60,359 nt of DNA, taken from the IMG/VR virus record IMGVR_UViG_3300007542_004333. One strand, given 5' to 3'. The position numbers and the translations under genes are program-made. The notes beneath the pieces are model-generated. The model was not told the DNA's origin and made no database searches. It saw only the letters and a program-made list of their open reading frames with translations. The DNA is from an uncultured virus (IMG/VR IMGVR_UViG_3300007542_004333). Its lineage: Duplodnaviria; Heunggongvirae; Uroviricota; Caudoviricetes. This document shows, piece after piece, positions 56,623-60,359 of this stretch. The stretch's first letter is position 1. Each line of letters starts with the position of its first letter.

Positions 56623-57515
56623 ATGAATGGAAAGAATACTTGGATAGTATTGAGGAAACAGGAACTTATAAAAAAAGAATCCGACGTTACCTCTCGGATC
56701 GCAACAGGTTACTTGGTAAAGGAGGTCAGAAAAACTCTGCTCCATACACCAAGCGCATGGGAAAACATGTAACGTTTGATAAGCAATTAGAAGAAGCTGA
56801 AGCCGAAGAGTTTCAGTTACAAACCAAGCTTCAGCCCGATTTATGGAAAGATAAAAAGTTAGATTCAGAAGTCCGCGAGCGCTTGCTACAGATTGCAAAT
56901 GATTTTATCGACGGCTTAAAAGTTGACAATCTTGAAATTCAAGACATTCGTTTTACTGGTTCTTTGGCAAACTATAACTGGTCACGATTCTCTGATATTG
57001 ATTTGCATATCGTCGTAGACTTCTCGAAAATAAATAAAGATACACAGTTAGTCAAAGCTTTTTTTGACGAGGCTAGAATGCGCTGGAACGACCAACACAG
57101 GATACTTTTGCACGACTTTGAAGTAGAGATTTATGTTGAGAACACTGGTGAGGACCACAAATCGACAGGTGTTTATTCAATAACTAATGATGAATGGATC
57201 GTAGAGCCACAACAACTCGACATCAATATTGATTTTGAAACTGCAAACAAGAAAGCAGAGGACTACAAACAGCAAGCTGATCAAATATCACAGATGATCA
57301 GCAAAGGAAAAGATTTAGATAAAGCTATTGATCGAGTTGAGCGTGTTAAAAGTAAAATTAGAGATATGCGCAAAGCTGGATTGGAAACAGAAGAATCCGA
57401 GTTTTCATCTGAGAACATAGCATTTAAGATTCTTCGTAGGGACAATGTACTAAAACAATTAAGCGACTTAAAACGAAACGCTTATGATAAGAAAATGACT
57501 TTACAGGAGGAATAA
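56619..57515 (+). CDS. Pol-beta superfamily nucleotidyltransferase
   Basis: TGSLANYNWSRFSDIDLHIV (GS...DxD) and EVEIYV. Confidence 0.8.
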   Translation: MNEWKEYLDSIEETGTYKKRIRRYLSDRNRLLGKGGQKNSAPYTKRMGKHVTFDKQLEEAEAEEFQLQTKLQPDLWKDKKLDSEVRERLLQIANDFIDGLKVDNLEIQDIRFTGSLANYNWSRFSDIDLHIVVDFSKINKDTQLVKAFFDEARMRWNDQHRILLHDFEVEIYVENTGEDHKSTGVYSITNDEWIVEPQQLDINIDFETANKKAEDYKQQADQISQMISKGKDLDKAIDRVERVKSKIRDMRKAGLETEESEFSSENIAFKILRRDNVLKQLSDLKRNAYDKKMTLQEE

Positions 57516-57757
57516 TGGAGTTTTATGATTTTGCAGATAATATAACCGCATACCCAGGAGAGTATTTGCTTCACATTCCTTCTCGACAGATCGTTGTTTG
57601 TGGCGCTTTCAAATTAGAAGAGCGAAAGATTAAAGCGCTTTCCAATGGTGTTTTGATCGAAGATAGAATCGAGAACTTCCAGAAGATCAAACTTAATAAA
57701 GAAGAGCGACGACAGAAAGTCGTTAATCGTGGTTGCGGAGGTTGTAAAAAGAAATGA
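57515..57757 (+). CDS. Hypothetical protein
   Basis: AGGAGG RBS; C-terminal GCGGCKKK. Confidence 0.65.
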   Translation: MEFYDFADNITAYPGEYLLHIPSRQIVVCGAFKLEERKIKALSNGVLIEDRIENFQKIKLNKEERRQKVVNRGCGGCKKK

Positions 57758-58017
57758 CAAACATTTATATTTATTGCTTATTTGATGGTGACGATATCTT
57801 TAGAGGCGTATACTCATCCCTTAAAGCTATCCACAGAGACGCACTAAAAATTGCAAACAGCGGCAACTCTGGTGTTTATTTAGAATCTTCAATGGGCTTA
57901 GATAAACCTTCTCTTACCGAATTACGTAATCATTTCAGAGGTAAGAGCGATGTTATGGTTCGTTATCGATCTGGCAACAAAGTTGCAAAGATCATTAAAA
58001 CAACTTTAAAAGAATAA
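57754..58017 (+). CDS. Hypothetical protein
   Basis: ATGA-coupled ORF. Confidence 0.65.
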   Translation: MTNIYIYCLFDGDDIFRGVYSSLKAIHRDALKIANSGNSGVYLESSMGLDKPSLTELRNHFRGKSDVMVRYRSGNKVAKIIKTTLKE

Positions 58018-58030
58018 CAACGGAGATAAA

Positions 58031-58495
58031 ATGAAGGTTGTAACAACAGATTTAGTTTATTTGTACCGACGTAGAAAGCCAGGGCTTGGTATTGTGCTGG
58101 ACACTAAAAAGCCTAAAGATCATATCCGACCAGGATTAATTGAAGATATTGAAGAATTAAAAGAAACTCTTTTGCGAAAAAATGAAGCGCTTTACAGAAC
58201 ATTTGAAGAAGAAATGCCAAATTACGCAGCTTTAGGGAGCCGGCGCTATACTATCGCTGGAAACCTAAGAGATTATTTTGTTATTTCGTCTGGGTTACCA
58301 AGAAATCTAGCATTTGAGATTATGATGAATAATGGAACTTATTCTTTAAGTTGGTGGTCTGATTCACTTGGCAAACACCTAAAGAAAGACTACGCTCTTG
58401 TTTACTGGTATCAAAGTCCTTCTTGTTATACTGCTGAAAGTATTAGAGATAAACAAGTGTGGTATCCTTCTTCTTGGCTGAGGAAACAATGTTGA
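58031..58495 (+). CDS. Hypothetical protein
   Basis: GGAG RBS. Confidence 0.6.
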   Translation: MKVVTTDLVYLYRRRKPGLGIVLDTKKPKDHIRPGLIEDIEELKETLLRKNEALYRTFEEEMPNYAALGSRRYTIAGNLRDYFVISSGLPRNLAFEIMMNNGTYSLSWWSDSLGKHLKKDYALVYWYQSPSCYTAESIRDKQVWYPSSWLRKQC

Positions 58496-58747
58496 GTGGC
58501 AATCCCAAGTTTTAACATAGGTGATTTGGTCGTATGCAAATACAGTATGGAAGTTGTGCATTTTCCAGTTTATGAACTTGAAAAATATCAACAAGTACAT
58601 ATAGGCTTGATTATTGAGATCAGAAAAGATTATGTATTTTTATTTGACAAATCTACCGCTTATGATGTAAAGTGTTTTGATAATGTAATCAGGACTTTTT
58701 CTTGCTGGGAGATGCAAATCTTGAGTTCGATAGAAAAAAAGCCTTGA
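58496..58747 (+). CDS. Small hypothetical protein (FNIGDLV family)
   Basis: Abuts the upstream gene; shared motif. Confidence 0.6.
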   Translation: MAIPSFNIGDLVVCKYSMEVVHFPVYELEKYQQVHIGLIIEIRKDYVFLFDKSTAYDVKCFDNVIRTFSCWEMQILSSIEKKP

Positions 58748-58793
58748 CAGATTCCATGAGCATGTTATAATGTAAAAGAATAAAGAGAAAAGA

Positions 58794-59015
58794 ATGATTA
58801 AAATTGGCGACTTGCTGAAATATACAACCTTTTTTCAAAGAGGGGAAATATATTATATTTATCTTGGAGAAGGCGTTGTTGAAAACGAGCTTTATCAAAA
58901 AATGTACGCTATGAATGGCTCTTGCGCCGGTTCTGTAGAGCAGTATTGGGGACCGCGTGCTTTTTATGAATCTTCTCCTTATTGGGAAGTTATTTCATCT
59001 TTGGAGAAAGAATAA
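58794..59015 (+). CDS. Small early protein (KIGDLL family)
   Basis: Sigma70-like promoter at 58744. Confidence 0.65.
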   Translation: MIKIGDLLKYTTFFQRGEIYYIYLGEGVVENELYQKMYAMNGSCAGSVEQYWGPRAFYESSPYWEVISSLEKE

Positions 59016-59170
59016 TGAGAGAATTACTGATTGTTTTAACTGTTGCTTTTTTTCTTGATGCTGTAGCTATGTTTGGCTTTTATCTTTGGATTAGATTTAA
59101 GGTAAGTGATCTTGAAACCCGCATCGAAAACTTTTTTAACAGAAAGTCCTTGACAAACAAAAATGAATAG
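59015..59170 (+). CDS. Small single-TM protein
   Basis: GGAG RBS; TAATG overlap; hydrophobic helix. Confidence 0.55.
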   Translation: MRELLIVLTVAFFLDAVAMFGFYLWIRFKVSDLETRIENFFNRKSLTNKNE

Positions 59171-59458
59171 GATAAATTAAATAAGTAAAAAGGAGGACAC
59201 ATGACTTGGACTGCGATTGTTGTATCGGCTCGTGGGGGCGAATTTAGCCACTCTTTTGCTTTTGATGGACCTTTATTCCCGCGTGAAGCTTACGAACATG
59301 CTGTATCGCTCCTGCCTAAGCCTAGGTATCATGCTTCTGGTTGGTTTTATAACATTGCTGCGGTTATAAAAGGTGAGCATTTGATTTATCACCCATCTAC
59401 AGAATAAAAAACAAAAAAAGTCCTTGACAAATAAAAATGAATAGGATAAATTAAATAA
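59143..59458 (+). repeat. 42-bp direct repeat (59143-59184 and 59417-59458) carrying a sigma70 promoter
   Basis: AAAGTCCTTGACAAA(C/T)AAAAATGAATAGGATAAATTAAATAA, one mismatch. Confidence 0.93.
59201..59407 (+). CDS. Small early protein between the promoter repeats
   Basis: AGGAGG RBS. Confidence 0.7.
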   Translation: MTWTAIVVSARGGEFSHSFAFDGPLFPREAYEHAVSLLPKPRYHASGWFYNIAAVIKGEHLIYHPSTE

Positions 59459-59462
59459 ACAA

Positions 59463-59546
59463 GGTCGAGTGTCGGAATCGGTAGACGATCCTGACTCAAA
59501 ATCAGGTGCCAGTAATGGCGTGCGGGTTCGAGTCCCGCCTCGACTA
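59463..59546 (+). tRNA. tRNA-Leu(CAA)
   Basis: Cloverleaf GGTCGAG/CTCGACT, anticodon arm CCTGA-CTCAAAA-TCAGG, long variable arm, GTTCGAGTC; no encoded CCA. Confidence 0.92.
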
Positions 59547-59552
59547 CTTTAT

Positions 59553-59625
59553 TGGGGCATAGTTCAATTGGCAGAACCACGGGTTTTGATTTCGTATGTT
59601 GCAGGTTCGAGTCCTGCTGCCCCAA
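59553..59625 (+). tRNA. tRNA-Gln(TTG)
   Basis: TGGGGCA/TGCCCCA acceptor, ACGGG-TTTTGAT-TTCGT anticodon arm, GCAGG-TTCGAGT-CCTGC. Confidence 0.88.
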
Positions 59626-59628
59626 CTT

Positions 59629-60021
59629 ATGAAGATAGGCGATTTGATAACTGATGATCCCGATTTCAACATGGGGATTATTTTTGAATTTGTTGATGAA
59701 GATAATTATGTAGTATTCACTACTGATGGTAAAAGATACCATTTCTGGTCTGAAGTTCAAAAAGATGGAACAATAATAAGATATTTAAATGGGTTTATTC
59801 ACTCAAGAAAAGGTCCAGCGCGTGAAAACACAAAAACTGGACGTAAAGAATGGTGGATAGATAATTATTTACATCGCATTGAAGGACCGGCAATTATTCA
59901 TGGAGATTATGAATCTTATTATCTGCGTGGGCAACCTTACAGTAAAGAAGCTTGGAAACTCGCAGTAGATAAAATAAAAAAAGTTCTTGACAAAATCTCT
60001 AAGAACGGGTTACATTGTTAG
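59629..60021 (+). CDS. MKIGDL-family protein with LHRxxGPA repeats
   Basis: HSRKGPA...LHRIEGPA; ATG at 59629. Confidence 0.65.
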   Translation: MKIGDLITDDPDFNMGIIFEFVDEDNYVVFTTDGKRYHFWSEVQKDGTIIRYLNGFIHSRKGPARENTKTGRKEWWIDNYLHRIEGPAIIHGDYESYYLRGQPYSKEAWKLAVDKIKKVLDKISKNGLHC

Positions 60022-60040
60022 CATCAAAGAGGAAAAGGTC

Positions 60041-60359
60041 ATGAATCTATCAAACGGTTGGTTTCAAAACTTTAACTTTCAAGACTCTGACTTGAAAGAA
60101 GCTGACTTTTCAAATAGCGACCTGACCCGCGCTAACCTGACCCGCGCTAACCTGTCTGGCGCTGACCTGATTGGTGCTAACCTGTACGCCGCTAACCTGT
60201 CTGGCGCTGACCTGATTGGTGCTAACCTGATCAGCGCTGATCTGTACGCCGCTAACCTGATCAACGCTAACCTGAGCCACGCTAACCTGAGCCACGCTAA
60301 CCTGAGCCACGCTAACCTGAGCCACGCTTACCTGACCGGCGCTTACTTGAACCACGCTA
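60041..60359 (+). CDS. Pentapeptide-repeat protein, truncated by the window end
   Basis: MNLSNGWFQNFNFQDSDLKEADFSNSDLTRANLTRANLSGADLIG...; 15-bp tandem repeats GCTAACCTGnnnnnn. Confidence 0.9.
   Translation, partial: MNLSNGWFQNFNFQDSDLKEADFSNSDLTRANLTRANLSGADLIGANLYAANLSGADLIGANLISADLYAANLINANLSHANLSHANLSHANLSHAYLTGAYLNHA

Noticed and set aside
59469..59654. ORF 59469-59654 and the 5' extension of 59596-60021
   Set aside because: They overlap two well-formed tRNA genes
1647..59760. Numerous minus-strand and nested ORFs in the track (e.g. 45835-46527, 15748-16122, 56395-56898)
   Set aside because: They are antisense shadows of well-supported plus-strand genes, with no RBS or motifs
60110..60359. 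CRISPR array or minus-strand QVS-repeat ORFs
   Set aside because: The 15-bp period has no unique spacers and is explained by a plus-strand pentapeptide-repeat CDS
1..60359. Stop-codon reassignment, inteins, DGR/retron, integrase
   Set aside because: Genes tile fully in the standard code with TAA, TGA and TAG all used as stops; DnaE, NrdJ, DnaB and RecA are normal length; no RT or recombinase motifs were seen

Overview
This window is a 60-kb segment of a large lytic myovirus (distantly T4-like, probably a jumbo phage). It is AT-rich, densely coded in the standard genetic code, and essentially every real gene is on the + strand. Positions ~1-23.3 kb form the virion module: prohead protease, scaffold, gp23-like major capsid, neck, sheath, tube, tail chaperone, tape measure and baseplate, plus a phage ribosomal protein bS21. 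Positions ~23.3-45 kb hold replication, repair and nucleotide genes: a compact family-A polymerase, a degenerate tubulin-like protein, SSB, RecA, UvsE, a 5'-3' exonuclease, DnaB, class II RNR, DnaE, PurA, dUTPase and GuaB, plus an endolysin and a SpoU methylase. Positions ~45-60 kb are accessory: ClpP, GroEL, Dam methylases, a protease, a nucleotidyltransferase, two tRNAs, small early genes and a truncated pentapeptide-repeat gene. Two promoter classes are visible: sigma70-like TTGAC(A/T)-N16-18-TAnnnT, and a putative late motif ACTA(T/C)TTA. The most notable observations are: (i) short shared N- and C-terminal peptide tags that link the scaffold to unrelated enzyme-like proteins, a candidate capsid cargo-loading system; (ii) a 72%-GC antisense pentapeptide-gene fragment inserted in frame into a nuclease-like gene; (iii) gene-replacement scars at recA and uvsE/HNH; (iv) a probable +1 tail-chaperone frameshift. 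All product calls come from motif recognition by eye; no database search was run.
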